From: Octopus bimaculoides
Lineage: Eukaryota
Assembly: GCF_001194135.2 (NCBI RefSeq)
Contig: NC_068982.1
Location: forward strand, 66,865,200-66,929,199
Length of the DNA: 64,000 bases
Direction: 5' to 3'
Below, in pieces: positions 38,595-51,324 of this stretch. The notes beneath the pieces were generated by a model. That model was not told the DNA's origin, searched no databases, and saw nothing but the letters and a program-made list of their open reading frames with translations. The position numbers were made by a program, and so were the translations under genes. The number at the start of each line of letters is the position of its first letter. Position 1 is the first letter of the stretch.

Positions 38595-38845
38595 TTTACA
38601 TTATTTACATTTGATGGATATTTGTCCTGATCTTGTTTGTTGTTAACATAACATTTCGGCAGATATACTCTCCAGCCTTCATCAGGTGTCTTAGGGAAAT
38701 TTCGAACCTGGGTTCTCATTCCTAAGGTATTTTTCTATGTTGTTGTTGTTATTATTATTATTATTATTATTCAGGTCACTGCCTCGAACTCGGAATCTTG
38801 GGGTTAGTAGCCCGCGCTCTTAGCCCTTATGCCATATGCCCGTGG
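38595..38845 (-). mobile_element. tRNA-headed SINE-like element carrying a hammerhead-like motif
   Basis: Head TGGCATAAGGGCTAAGAGCGCGGGCTAC..GAGTTCGA; (AAT)n linker; GACAC-CTGATGA-A-GGCTG..CTGCC-GAAATGT-T-ATGTT at 38690-38645. Confidence 0.65.
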
Positions 38846-39065
38846 GCCTAGTGGTTAGTGTGTTGTACTCACAATCCTGAAATTGTGGTTTCAGTTCCTA
38901 GACCAGGTGGTGTGTTGTGTTCTTGAGTAAAACACTTCATCTCATGTCACTCTGCAATCACTTCGGCACCTGATGCATGGCACACCATGCACCTGTTCAG
39001 GCAACATCAATTTGAAGGAAAGATTGAACTAATGTACAGCACATACATTTGATCACTACAAACAA
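38846..39065 (+). mobile_element. CORE-like SINE (family E, tail 3), head-to-head with the previous element
   Basis: GCCTAGTGGTTAG..GTGTTGTGTTCTTGAGTAAAACACTTCATCTCA. Confidence 0.65.
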
Positions 39066-39584
39066 AGAATTTGTGGAAGTCGTTCAACAGGAGAGTCCAT
39101 CATATATTATATATACACACACACATACATAAGCACACATGATAGGCTTCTTTTCAGCTTCCTTGTACCAAATCTGCTCACAAGATTTTGGTTGGTCTGG
39201 GGGTTTTGTAGGAGACACTTATCCATGATGCTGAGCAGTGGGACAGAAGAAACTTGCCCAAGGTGAGACTTACATCTATATCTCAAGTTATCCCTCAAAA
39301 TAATATGTAGAGTATTATCAATGAATTAACAAGTTTGTCAGCATATGTACTGTTATACAAATAAAAGGGAAAAGTTTAGCTATATCCACTATAAATAGCT
39401 TTAAGCTACTATCTCTCTCTTAACAGAAGATGGGTATTCTTTTTCTGATGAAAGTGTAATAAGTGTAGAAACTAGTCAGATCAATCATATGAGAGACAAA
39501 AACTTTTGGTGTAACCTTTTAATTCACTTCACACAATAAGGTCAAAATTCTATGTTTATCATAAAACATATATACTTACTGGCT

Positions 39585-39899
39585 CCGGTGCCGGTGGCAT
39601 GTAAAAAGCACCAACCAATCATGACCAACACCAGTACACCCGTACTGGTGGCACGTAAAAAGCACCATCCGAACGTGATTGTTGCCAGGCCCACCTTACT
39701 GGCTCCTGTGCCGGAGGCAGGTAAAAAGCACCCACTACACTCTTGGAATGGTTGGCGTTAGGAAGGGCATCCAGCTGCAGAAACTCTGCCAGACCAGACT
39801 GGAGCCTGGTGCAGCCACTGGCTCTCCAGACCTCAGTCAAACTGTTCAACCCATGCCATCATGGAAAACGGACATTAATCAATGATGATGATGATGATA
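39585..39899 (+). mobile_element. Intact-order RTE 3' UTR and tail (tandem GTGGCACGTAAAAAGCACC units to (GAT)n)
   Basis: Same units as 6940-7216; continues through GTTAGGAAGGGCATCCAGCTG to TGGTGCAGCC..GATGATGAT. Confidence 0.85.
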
Positions 39900-40837
39900 T
39901 AACATTTGTCACATTTCAAACTATACAAAAACATTGTGCATTTTAATCATATATATAGATTGTCATCGAATTACAACCATAATTGGTTCCAACTGACTAG
40001 TGAAAAGTCGGCCTATAGGCCTACATACTGTTGTTCTATATTTTTATATTCTTAAGGTACATTCGCAGGTAAAAGTCACACATAGCCAAACCCAAAGGTA
40101 TTATACTATTATACTGGTGTTAGTAAAAAAATTTCAGAGTTTCAAGCAGTTGTCTTATAAGCAAATACGAGGTTGACTCTATGTCTCTGCGACAGGATAG
40201 TCATCCAACACAGTAGCGATCGACAACGAAACCTAGGAGAAGCATTTGTTAGCTGACATCATCTGTAGATGGGTTAATTTCTAAGAAATTAAATCCATTA
40301 CATTTCAACTGGACCATTTATTATTACTGCCTGGAACTGGCATGCCAGTCATCATAAAGTCAATCGGTCTTAAGTTGGATACGTTGTAAGTCAGCGACAA
40401 CCTGTATAATATATTAGGTAATGTGAATAAAAGAAAGACACAACATGAGAAGAACAAATTTTAACAAATGCTGTGCCTGTTGTCTATCGCCACTGTGTTG
40501 GTAAGGGCTAATTAAGGTAGTATGTTATATATCCTGCTATTGTACTGGTTGTATCCTCAAGTATTATTTCTTGATGTGCATATAAATACCACAAATTTTC
40601 CATCATAAATACTCGTAATGTTCCTTTTGCATTATCTGAAATGTATATATGTATGTTTACATGTGTATAGATATATATATATATATATATAGTGTGTGTG
40701 AGTATGTGTACACGTGTGTGTGTGCGTACGTGGATGTATATGTGTGTACATGTATGCATATGCAGATTCTGTGAACAAAGTTTTACTTTCTCCACGCCTA
40801 TTGTAGTAACTCCCCTTTATTCAACGTTTTTTTTTCT

Positions 40838-40900
40838 TAATAACTGATGAAATGCCAAAGCAGGCTTCAGCCCCGACACCCAAAACTCTGAGTTTTATTA
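40838..40900 (+). ncRNA. Degenerate hammerhead-like motif
   Basis: TAATAA-CTGATGA..CCC-(A)AAACTCTGAGT-T-TTATTA; perfect 6-bp stem I; G12 replaced by A (CpG-type change). Confidence 0.45.
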
Positions 40901-40920
40901 TGACAACTAACTGATTGTCT

Positions 40921-40965
<45 letters not shown>

Positions 40966-40968
<3 letters not shown>

Positions 40969-41373
40969 TCTTTACTCTTTTACTTGTTTCAGTCATTTTG
41001 ACTGCGGCCATGCTGGAGCATCACCTTTAGTCGAGCAAATCGACCCCAGGGCTTATTCTTTGGAAGCCTAGTACTTATTCTATCGGTCTCTTTTGCCGAA
41101 CCGCTAAGTTACGGGGACGGAAACACACCAGCATCGGTTGTCAAGCGATGTTGGGGGGACAAACACAGACACACAAACATATACACATACATACATACAT
41201 ATACATATATACAACGGGCTTCTTTCAGTTTCCGTCTTCCAAATCCACTCACAAGGCTTTGGTCGGCCCGAGGCTATAGTAGAAGACACTTGCCCAAGGT
41301 GCCACGCAGTGGGACTGAACCCAGGACCATGTGGTTGGTAAGCAAGCTACTTACCACACAGCCACTCCCGTGC
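40966..41373 (-). mobile_element. Near-intact SINE family A inserted in (TA)n
   Basis: CpGs retained; (TA)n on both sides. Confidence 0.92.
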
Positions 41374-41880
41374 CTATATATATATATATATATATATATA
41401 TCATGAGACAACAGACGGAGGTTGCAAATCGCTTCAACCAACTTTCCAAAAGTAGCGAAAGGTCCCGCCTAAAAACAACACTGATGGAGATTGAAAAAAC
41501 CCTGCAACAATTCTATATACGCATATACCCGCACACACGCACACATCCACATGCACGCACAACAGATTCCATATACACGTCTATATACACACAAGAAAAA
41601 ATGCAGGGTGGAAGGTAGAATACAGAAAAAATATGTGTAAAAGATATATGAGCAATAAACCTATAAAACAATATCTCAATAAATATGTAAAAAAATATAT
41701 ATAAGACATATAAGTAAAAAGTATAGAGAGATAAAAAGCTTGTACATGGACACAATATAGAAAGCAAGTCCTATCTGTAATCTCGGGGGGGGGGGACCGA
41801 ATATGTAACAAATATTTAGCCACATGTGGACATAATCCGAAAAGTTCAGTTCTTGAATTTAGACATATCTAAATGGTCTG

Positions 41881-41939
41881 ATAACTGAAGAGATGGCGGC
41901 GTGAGTTTCCGCCCCCAACATCCGAAACTTAGGAGTTTT
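41881..41939 (+). ncRNA. Type-I hammerhead-like motif with a canonical core, cut off by an assembly gap
   Basis: ATAA-CTGAAGA-GATG-GCGG..CCGC..CATC-C-GAAACT-TAGG-AGT-T-TT[N]. Confidence 0.6.
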
Positions 41940-41949
41940 NNNNNNNNNN

Positions 41950-41989
<40 letters not shown>

Positions 41990-41993
41990 GTTA

Positions 41994-42400
41994 TACTCTT
42001 TACTCTTACTCATTTACTTGTTTCAGTCATCTGACTGTGGCCATGCTGGACCACCGCTGTTTAGTCAAGCTAATCAACCATAGGACTTATTCTTTGTAGG
42101 CCTAGTACTTATTCTATCGGTGTCTTTTGCTGAACCACTAAGTTACGGGGACGTAAACACACCAGCATCGGTTGTCAAGTGATGGTGGGGGGACAAACAT
42201 AGACATACAAACATATACACACACACATACATATATATACATATATATATATATACATATATATGATGGGCTTCTTTCAGTTTCCGTGTACCAAATCCAC
42301 TCACAAGGTTTTCTTCGGCCTGAAGTTATAGGAGAAGACACTTGCCCAAGGTGCCACACAGCGGGACTGAACCCGGAACCATGTGGTTTGTAGGCAAGCT
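41994..42400 (-). mobile_element. SINE family A
   Basis: Complete arms. Confidence 0.88.
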
Positions 42401-42406
42401 ACTTAT

Positions 42407-42409
<3 letters not shown>

Positions 42410-42449
<40 letters not shown>

Positions 42450-42916
42450 CGTACATATACATATATATATAGAAAGACTGAGAGACAGAGAGAGAGAGAG
42501 AGACAGAGAGAGAGAGAGACAGAGAGACAGAGAGTAAGAGAGAGAGAAACAGGCTAGAGGAAGAAATGGCAATCTTGAACAAATAAAGATGCTTGAGATT
42601 ATAAAACTAAACATTTGAAAGTCTATTGATTAAAACACATAATATCTCTAATATAATCCTGCAAGCTAGAATGTTTCCATACATCTGTGTTTTGGTATAT
42701 ATAAGTGTGCGTGTTTTGTTGTGATTATATATATATTATATAAATATATTTATATCCATATATATGCATGTGTGTATGTGTGCATATATATATATATATA
42801 TGTATGTATACCACGCATACATGCCTATATATATATATACATATACATATATATACATACATGTATACATGCATATACATATATATATATATATATACAT
42901 GTATACATGCATATAC

Positions 42917-42974
<58 letters not shown>

Positions 42975-43025
42975 ATATATATATATATGTGTGTGTGTAT
43001 GTATGTATATATATATATATACAGC
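42410..43025. repeat. Compound (TA)/(GA)/(TG)/(TACA) microsatellite block
   Basis: Direct reading. Confidence 0.9.
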
Positions 43026-44190
43026 ATATGTGCATCTGCGCTTAAAAATACATTTGTTTGTGAGTACACCTATATTCTGTGAGTATTTATATTCTCTAAA
43101 CATATAAATACATTTCCAACACATTATCTATACAATTTCTACTATGTAAAACTTCATGTGTTAAGGTAAGCAGTTTTCTTCAATCATCTATTTACAAACA
43201 TGACAGCTCATTCATTTCCCAAAATAAATTAAAATCCAAACCCAGCGTTAAGTTAAGCTTTTATAACATACCAAATAGCCTTTGACCACCAGTCCTCTCC
43301 TCTTTCTTACTTCTTTCTGTTTATTTGAAGCCAAAAATAAAGCTAGGGAGCTTGCAGGTCAGCAAGGTGAAGCTACAGTGGTTAAAGTACTAATATCAGA
43401 ACACCTGTCTATTTTACCACCACTACTTCTACCTAAAACGCACATACAGATAATAAGTGTGGAATGAACTAATGACAAACAAGGTCATCAGTTAGTACAG
43501 TCAACCTGACTTTGTAGTGGACAATTCTCGGTCAATGGACACCCAGGTCTTCTACTCCTGATATCTGCTAACTAATTCTAAATCATAAACCAGATTATGG
43601 GATACAAGTAAATGCTTTTAAGTTGTCAAACTGATGCGGACTAATTGGAAATAGAAATAAGGAGCAACATTTTCGGAGCCTTAGAATAGAATATTTCTGA
43701 GGAAAATTACAGCAATTTAAAGATAAATGTTCACCAGATCTTGTTTTTCTCTTTCACCTCTTTGATAGTTTACACACACACACACACTTATACACATACA
43801 TCTCTCTTTCTCTACACACACATATACACACACAAACGTTATCTAATAAGAAATTCTATCCTGTAATCTTTGATGTACCATATTAAAAATAGCCTTAACT
43901 ATTTGTTGTAACTTATCTTCAAATCATTTTTCATAACCAAGCCATTTATTGGAAATGCTTACATACATATGAAAATACATACACATACATATACATAGTC
44001 ACATACACTCACAAAAAGTTAGCAACAGACACACATAGTAATACACACACATGTAATCACAAGCAGATAATGAAGGTGCATCTTCATCATTTCTGTGCCT
44101 GCTAAAAATAGCAGCCAAATTTAATCAAATTTGATAAGATAAATTTTGTGGATGTACAAATCTCTATATTCTTTATTATTATTATTATTA

Positions 44191-44222
<32 letters not shown>

Positions 44223-44528
44223 TTGTGTGTATTTTTATATATATATATATATATATATACACGCTACTGAGTGTTTGGTGTTAGGAAGGGCATCCAGCTG
44301 TAAAGATCTTGCGAAAACAGTTACAAAAGTCTGGTGCAGGCTTCTGCCTGGCTGGCTCTTGTCAAACTGTCCTGTCCTACCCATGCTAACATGGTAGGTG
44401 GACATTAAATGATAATGATGATGATATATATATCATCATCATTATCATCATTTAATGTCCGTTTTCCATGCTAGCATGGGTTGGACAGTTTAACAGGTGT
44501 TGACCACCCAAGGAGGTGTTCATGTACA

Positions 44529-44590
<62 letters not shown>

Positions 44591-44599
44591 TATATATAA

Positions 44600-44732
44600 A
44601 TACTGGCACTCTGTTGGTAACGATGACAAGGGTTCCAGTTGATCCAATCAATGAAACAGCTTGCTTATGAAATTAATGTGCAAGTGGCTGAGCATTCCCC
44701 AGACACATGTACCCTTAACATAGTTCTCAGGG
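44600..44732 (-). mobile_element. SINE family B 3' fragment
   Basis: Matches 25182-25320. Confidence 0.75.
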
Positions 44733-45939
44733 TTAGTGAAAGGACCCTGGAGAATTACTGACTTGCCAAAATAGGTGGTGATGTTAGAAAGTAGGATGAT
44801 TGCTTGGCCAAAACTAAGTGAGTCATATGCATAAATACAATGACGTAACATAAAATGGAACCTATTGGAGTCTTTTTAAAACTGTCATGAAAGAAACAAT
44901 AAATCACCCTTAATTGGTAGTCAAGGAAAGAGCCTCTATTGTACAGCTTTTTGACCTGCTGGAAGTAGCACACAAACCCCATACCTGACTATCTCTTGCA
45001 TGTTATTAAAATAGTATGGATATCTCATATTTCAGAAAGTGATAAACATTGCACTGCTTATTAAACAGCTAGCTTTTTCTTTTTTTAAAATGTTGGTAAG
45101 AAACCAAATGCTAAGAAATGAAAGAACTAATGTTGTCAACTAAATCTGATAGAAATAGTCGCCAAATCTCTCATAATTACACTATTAACCTTTTAAAAGG
45201 AAGAATACATTTAGCCTTAGATTAGTTATGTCTGGAAAATAAAAACAGGGTCACAACAACAATCTATTTAGCAATCTGAACATATGACAGTTTAAAAAAA
45301 AAACTGGTCTCAAGTTTTGACACAAGGTCAGCAATTTTGTGGGCGGGATTACATCAATAACATTGACCCCAGTGCTTAACTGATACTTATTTTATCGACC
45401 CTGAAAGGATGAAAGGCAAAGTCAATCATGCCGAAATTTGAACTCAGAATGTAAAGACAGATGAAATACTACTAAGCATTTTGCCTGATGTGCTAATGAT
45501 TCAGCCAGCTCACCACTCTAGTTTAAAAAAAAATATTAAAGATAAATATTTCTGGTGTTCCTAAAATGTACAATTTATATAAAACCAGAGAATTTGACCA
45601 GCTTACAAGGTAAACAGAGTAAGTGGTGGTGCTGCAATCTTGATCAATATGTTTCTCTGGCTCTTGTTATTTTTGTTGTATCCTATCTACCTTCTAGGTC
45701 CAGTACTAACTACTATTCCAGTCCTTCATCCTTAGAATGTTATTGCTCTGGAATCTCCTCCTCATCAATGTCTTTCCTGCAGGTGTTTACTAGCAGCAGC
45801 TTAAATGGAACACTAATGACATCAAGCTTATCAACCTACAAAAGTCTGCCCTTTTGTCTAAATAAAAGAGGAAAGGAAGGATGAAAAATTAAGCTTATCT
45901 CTTCAAGGTCTGTGATTTTGTCCCTGTAGGTGATCAAGA

Positions 45940-46130
45940 ATGAGACGTGTAGGTCATGTTTTCCAATTGCCAGAACAAATACCCAAGATAGAAGGAAGAG
46001 AGAAAGACCCAAGAAAACACAGTGTGCCATCTTCAAAGAGGATCTAAAGAACTTAATATTACTTACTAAAATGCCTGTGACTATACTAAAAATTGGGATA
46101 ATTGGTGGAGGAATTTCAACCATGTTTCGT
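45940..46130 (+). pseudogene. Non-LTR (RTE-like) ORF2 C-terminal remnant
   Basis: RMRRVGHVFQLPEQIPKI..RKRERPKKT..FKEDLK across frameshifts. Confidence 0.5.
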
Positions 46131-46375
46131 GGTCTGCTACCACAACAGCTCCTTCATAGGATCCAGTTAGCTCAAGACATCATCAGGAGGAACCACGTCC
46201 GGTTTCGGCCCCTACTCCTCTACCGTTTTGCCTAATATATAGGAGAGACTACAACTAGAATAAAGACTTCAGGGTTTGAACTCATAATGTAAAGGAACTT
46301 AACAAAATATCACTCTGCTTTCTATAGCCACTATCTGTAGTATGCTAACAGTGTCTGCACCATTTTTTCACAACT

Positions 46376-46413
<38 letters not shown>

Positions 46414-47699
46414 ACTTTATAGCTGAGCAGATAACATTATGAAAGGGGGTCTAGCTAAAAGTGAATAAGGTTATCTCTACATGGGTGCTTGACCTCTAGA
46501 AATAGCAGTAAAATCTCTCTTAAATCAGATTCTATGGTCTTAATAAGAAAAGGAACTTTAAAAAATAGACAGGATGATCACATCCATAACACCTTTGATC
46601 ATAGGTGTGTTCACTCAGGATTGACCTGGAGTTTAAATAACAACTACTACTGCAATTGCTGCTGCTGCAATTGATCCGATAAATAAAAGAAATCTCACTA
46701 AAGTAAGCATGTAAAAAGAGTAAAACCAGGAAAAAAATTAAATAATATATAAATCAAAATTCATACATCAGATTCAAACCTTTAGTTTTCCATGAATCTG
46801 CCAACCCTACTTAAAATATTTTCTCTATTTCAATCTAAAGCATAACAAAATGGCCACTCTCTTTTATGTTGTTATAACAATATTCTGCACATAGAAATAT
46901 CTTGATTGTTTTTAAAATGTTTACTTTGTTTTCTTTACAAAAGATTGTAAAACTTTTGTTGAGTTCAAGAGAATACATAAAGTTTCTACATGTTCCTTAA
47001 AAAAAACTATTTCTAGCTTATAAAATCTTTAGTATTTGCTGATGCTTACAAATAACAAATAGCAAAAAATATCTTACAAGCTTTATATTGCTGAATACGT
47101 TTTATTTTAACCAATGACCTTGCTTTGCTTTAAATAGCTTCTCAGCAGAAAATACAAAGCAGATTTTTTGGTGTTCTCTTTACGAACCTCACAAATAAAA
47201 CAATCAGCAGAGCAGAATATTGATGTTTGATTCCTGATCAATTTACTTATCGTGTCAGATTACATTGCCTCTGAAGTTGTTTTTGCTTTTTGCTTTTTTT
47301 TTTCCCCTCTTGTTTCTTCCCCCCACCCAAATAGCCATATCTTCTTTAACAATATATATATTCTGTCAATGTTCTCTCTTCATAAATGTTAGATAAATCA
47401 ATAGCATACACAGAATCATTATAACATATACAACAAATGGTAATTTATTAAATTGTTATGCTATGTCACAATGCTATACAATGCAATTCTTACTGCTGTC
47501 ATCAGCACTGCCATCTCCAAACCACAACCACCAATGACACCATTATCTATTCTCCCTTGTTTGTAGGGGTTGGGCAGGTCTTCATCAACACAATGTTTTG
47601 TCACTTGTTGCAGACTTTTATCACTTCTTTCGTAAGGTTCACCCAACAAATGTGTGTTTGTGAGTGTGCATGCGCATGCATGCATGTACACATCATATA

Positions 47700-48465
47700 T
47701 GAGGATAAACCTTAAAGTAAGGTCTCCAAAACGCTGGGGACATGAGAAAACTGTGCATGCAGCTATTGGCAACACTGTTGTGTTTGTTGTGTATGCATCT
47801 GCCCCTGCGCACATCTCATTGCCATGCTCAATCTTGGTTTGGCAGCTCTCAATTGATGCTACCACCAAGTGTGTAGTTCATGCAGTTATTTGGTTTTTGA
47901 AGGCAAAAGGCAGTAAACTAATTAAAATTCATCGCCAATTAATGGAAGTGTATGGAGAGTCGTGCGTGGATGTCAAAAATGTCCGCAAGTGGTGTAGGGA
48001 GTTTGCAGCTAGTCATACTGAAATTCATCATGAAGAAAGAAGCAGGTAACCATCAATTTCCGATGAGACAGTCGCGAAGGTTGAGCAAATCCTGCATGAA
48101 AATCAGCGGATCACTCTGGATGATCTCCGCATTTTGGTTCCTGAAGTTTCCTGAAGCACCATTCAAAGTGTGAAAAGTTGCAATATTGGAAGGTGTGCGC
48201 AAGATGGGTCCCACGAATGCTCACAGAAGACCATAAATGGCAACCCACCTTATAGTCTGGACTTGACACCCAGTGACTACCACCTGTTCCTTAAGTTGAA
48301 AGAACATTTGGCTGGAATGCATTTCAGCAATGACGATGAGGTGAAAGATGAGGTTCAACACTTCCTCAACGACATGGCGGTGAGCTGGTATGACATGGAC
48401 ATACAAAAACTGCCCCAGCAACTACAAAAATGCATCGACTGAAATGGCAAATATGTAGAAAAACA
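47700..48465 (+). mobile_element. Mariner-type transposon remnant with the catalytic core deleted
   Basis: TA|TGAGGATAAACC left end; HTH (IHRQLMEVYGE..VRKWCREF), RWVPRMLTEDHK joined directly to PPYSLDLTPSDYHLF. Confidence 0.88.
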
Positions 48466-48473
48466 AAGGGACC

Positions 48474-48679
48474 TTGAAACACCAGTGTTTCAACCTGGTT
48501 TTGTTTCTTCAGTCAAAGCTACCCCCAGATCAATGAACTAAACAAGAGTGGTGGCTCTTGTTTAATGAATTAAGTAAATTATTTGCTGACGCATGCTGCA
48601 GTCTGCCAAATAGATAATTATCATATGCACACAGAACAGTGAGAAGAGACACAATCAAGTTGAAACTCTGGTGTTTCAA
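48474..48679. mobile_element. Small MITE-like foldback
   Basis: 21-bp inverted repeats 48474-48494 and 48659-48679 (20/21); internal 10-bp hairpin 48539-48564. Confidence 0.5.
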
Positions 48680-48824
48680 AGTTTTCTTACATCTATGAAT
48701 CGAGTGCAAGGAGAAGTTATTCTACAAAGGTGAAATATGACAGTGTTTAAATATTCATGTTTTATACACATACATATGTATGTATGTATGTATGTATGTG
48801 TATACACATACACACATAATGTGT

Positions 48825-49080
48825 GTGAAGGCACGTGGGTTAATGGTTAGGGTGTTGCACTCATGACAGCTAGATCATAGGTTTGATTCCCAGACCAGGA
48901 GGTTTGTTGTGTTCTTGAGCAAAACACTTCATTTCATGTTGCTCCACTCCATTCAGCTGTAAATAGGTAACCCTGTAATGAAATAGGGTGGCATCATTTG
49001 AAAGCTAAACCAATGCAAAGTGCACTGTGACCAGCAATGTATAACAAGATCTGATAGGCTGGTCAATACCATGACAGACA
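48825..49080 (+). mobile_element. CORE-like SINE (family E, tail 2)
   Basis: GGTTAATGGTTAGG..GGTTTGATTCCC..TTGTGTTCTTGAGCAAAACACTTCATTTCATGTTGCTCC. Confidence 0.7.
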
Positions 49081-50692
49081 CACACATACACATATCAGAG
49101 TTAAAAAGAGAAAGGTAATCTACTTTGAAGTCCATTCAATCAAGGTGTTTCCACTAATATAGTTAGAAGCTTGTGAAGCTAATTAGAAGGCATTTCTCAA
49201 GAATCCATAGATATCATAAACTCTTTAATTTCTATAACATCAAGGTTAGCTATTCATGCATAGATAATATGACTGCCAATACTGCATGCTACAACAGAAA
49301 CAAACAAGCACCCACAAAATCTTCATGCCACGCTCCATTCTATAACTGTTGAAATCTTACCAGGTATCTAGTAAAAGGAAGCTGCCTCTCAAAGGCTGTT
49401 ATCTAAAGAATCAACCTCAGACCGTACACTAGAATGGCAGCCTAGATTTTAAGGGAAGCTATACACAACACCTCATTAAACACTCCTATCTGAACATCCT
49501 ATTACTGTGTTCAGTATTAACATGGTTACTGATTTAGTATTATGGTAGAGACATCTATTTACTGACTTTTAATATTATGCACTTTGCTACTGTTACAAAG
49601 CTTGTGTTTGTGGATTTTGGGAAATTACTTTAAAAATTGCTCTCATTCTCTATAATATACCTTTCTTTTCACTATTGTTAACTCATGCAAAGGAACTCAA
49701 CAACTCCTCACTCTAGAACTGAAATATGAAGTATTAAACCCTGACCAGCTACAAAGTCACAAGAAAATGATTTCCAGTAGCTTTTTAGCCCAGACATGAT
49801 AATATAGTTCAGAATGACCAGTGTATATGAATCAGTTCAGTAGAGATGACCTAGATGAAAATAGAGCTATGATAGATTGAAGAAATATGATATGGGATGG
49901 AGCTGGGCAGAGTAGACTATGAACAGGAAATAATCAAATATATCACTTTGTATAAATTGGTCGCAAGGTGGTGGTGGGATTTGCTTCCAGAAAAAACAAA
50001 AAAGAAAACAAAAGATTATTTTAAGTTACAGGATCGATATTTCTATATAATTCAGAAATATGGATAGTAACAATGTAACTTGGGGAAAATATGTTGTACT
50101 ATTCATTGTAGGGAATCTAAAATATTCTCAGATATAATGGAAAGGCTAAAGTGTTTGAACCGGGTTTATGGGTTCTGTATGAAAGTTGATATGAATGAAG
50201 AGTGAATGAATGAGAAAGAAATACATGAGAAAGAAGTGGTTCACTGTAAGATTTGAGCATATAACAAGAGATTGTCAACATTTTATGATGTGTATAAGAT
50301 TGAATTACCTTAAATTATGCAGTTTATGATATGAGTGAGAGTAACATTAGTTGAATTCTTTGTTTTATGGTGTGGAAACTAATAAAGAAATGATTTGTGG
50401 GTGTTAATCCTTTTGGTACCAACCTGCCTAAGAGCACCTCCAATTCTTTTACACAAAACCATCATCAACACCTCTACCATCATCATCATCTCTCCCACAA
50501 TCATTGTCATCGTCTATTTAATGTCTACTTTTCCATGCTTGCATGGGTCAAATGAGAGTATGTTGTGGCAGAGTTATCTATGCCAGAGGCCCTTCCTGTC
50601 ACTAATCCCCACTTGAATTTAGACTGTCAAGACAGACAAAATACTGCTAAGCATTTTACCCAGTGTGCTAACGATTCTACCAGCTCACCACC

Positions 50693-50726
<34 letters not shown>

Positions 50727-51324
50727 GCTGATGCAGTACCAGGCAGTGGCTCTCATGGCTTCTGGCCATAACTGATTGGAAGTATTATCATGTTTTGTTT
50801 TTATCGTGGTATAAAAGATGGGCTACAGCAAATATTCTGCTCAATACCACAGATTTACTTAGCTGTTTGACCTTAACCAGTTGAGCATGTCCCTTAGTGG
50901 CTGACGATATGTGCAACTCTTATCAGAAGCAGAAGAAGTNNNNNNNNNNNNNNNNNNNNNNNNNNNNNNNNNNNNNNNNNNNNNNNNNNGGGGGGGGGGG
51001 TACCATGTGTTGAGAGAAATTCTTTGGGGTTTAAATAATTCACCTCTGGAAATATGGGTGTTTTGTTCAACATCCTTAAACACACCTTATTCAGGGACCT
51101 TTTGAGTGGGATGGGCCACTTGACCTGAAGAAAATTCTAACTGGGCCCCACCTGCAAGGTCATGCGCTGTTTATCTTGATATGAGATCACCATGTCGTGC
51201 ACATATGGTTGTGATGCATGTGACTGGTGTACCCTTATCAGATGGGTAGTCATGATGGGTATATTGGGCTTCGTATATTTTACTCCTGTGTCACTTTGAT
51301 GGCATGCACTGCTCTTTCACTCAA

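Noticed and set aside
40370-40410. Possible pogo/Tigger-like terminal repeat (..TGTAAGTCAGCGACAACCTGTA)
   Set aside because: No matching second end or transposase frame found; too weak to list
49361-49441. Minus-strand segment with a perfect GTAAG donor
   Set aside because: All three frames from the best acceptor contain stops; 49658-49715 and 36580-36640 fail the same way
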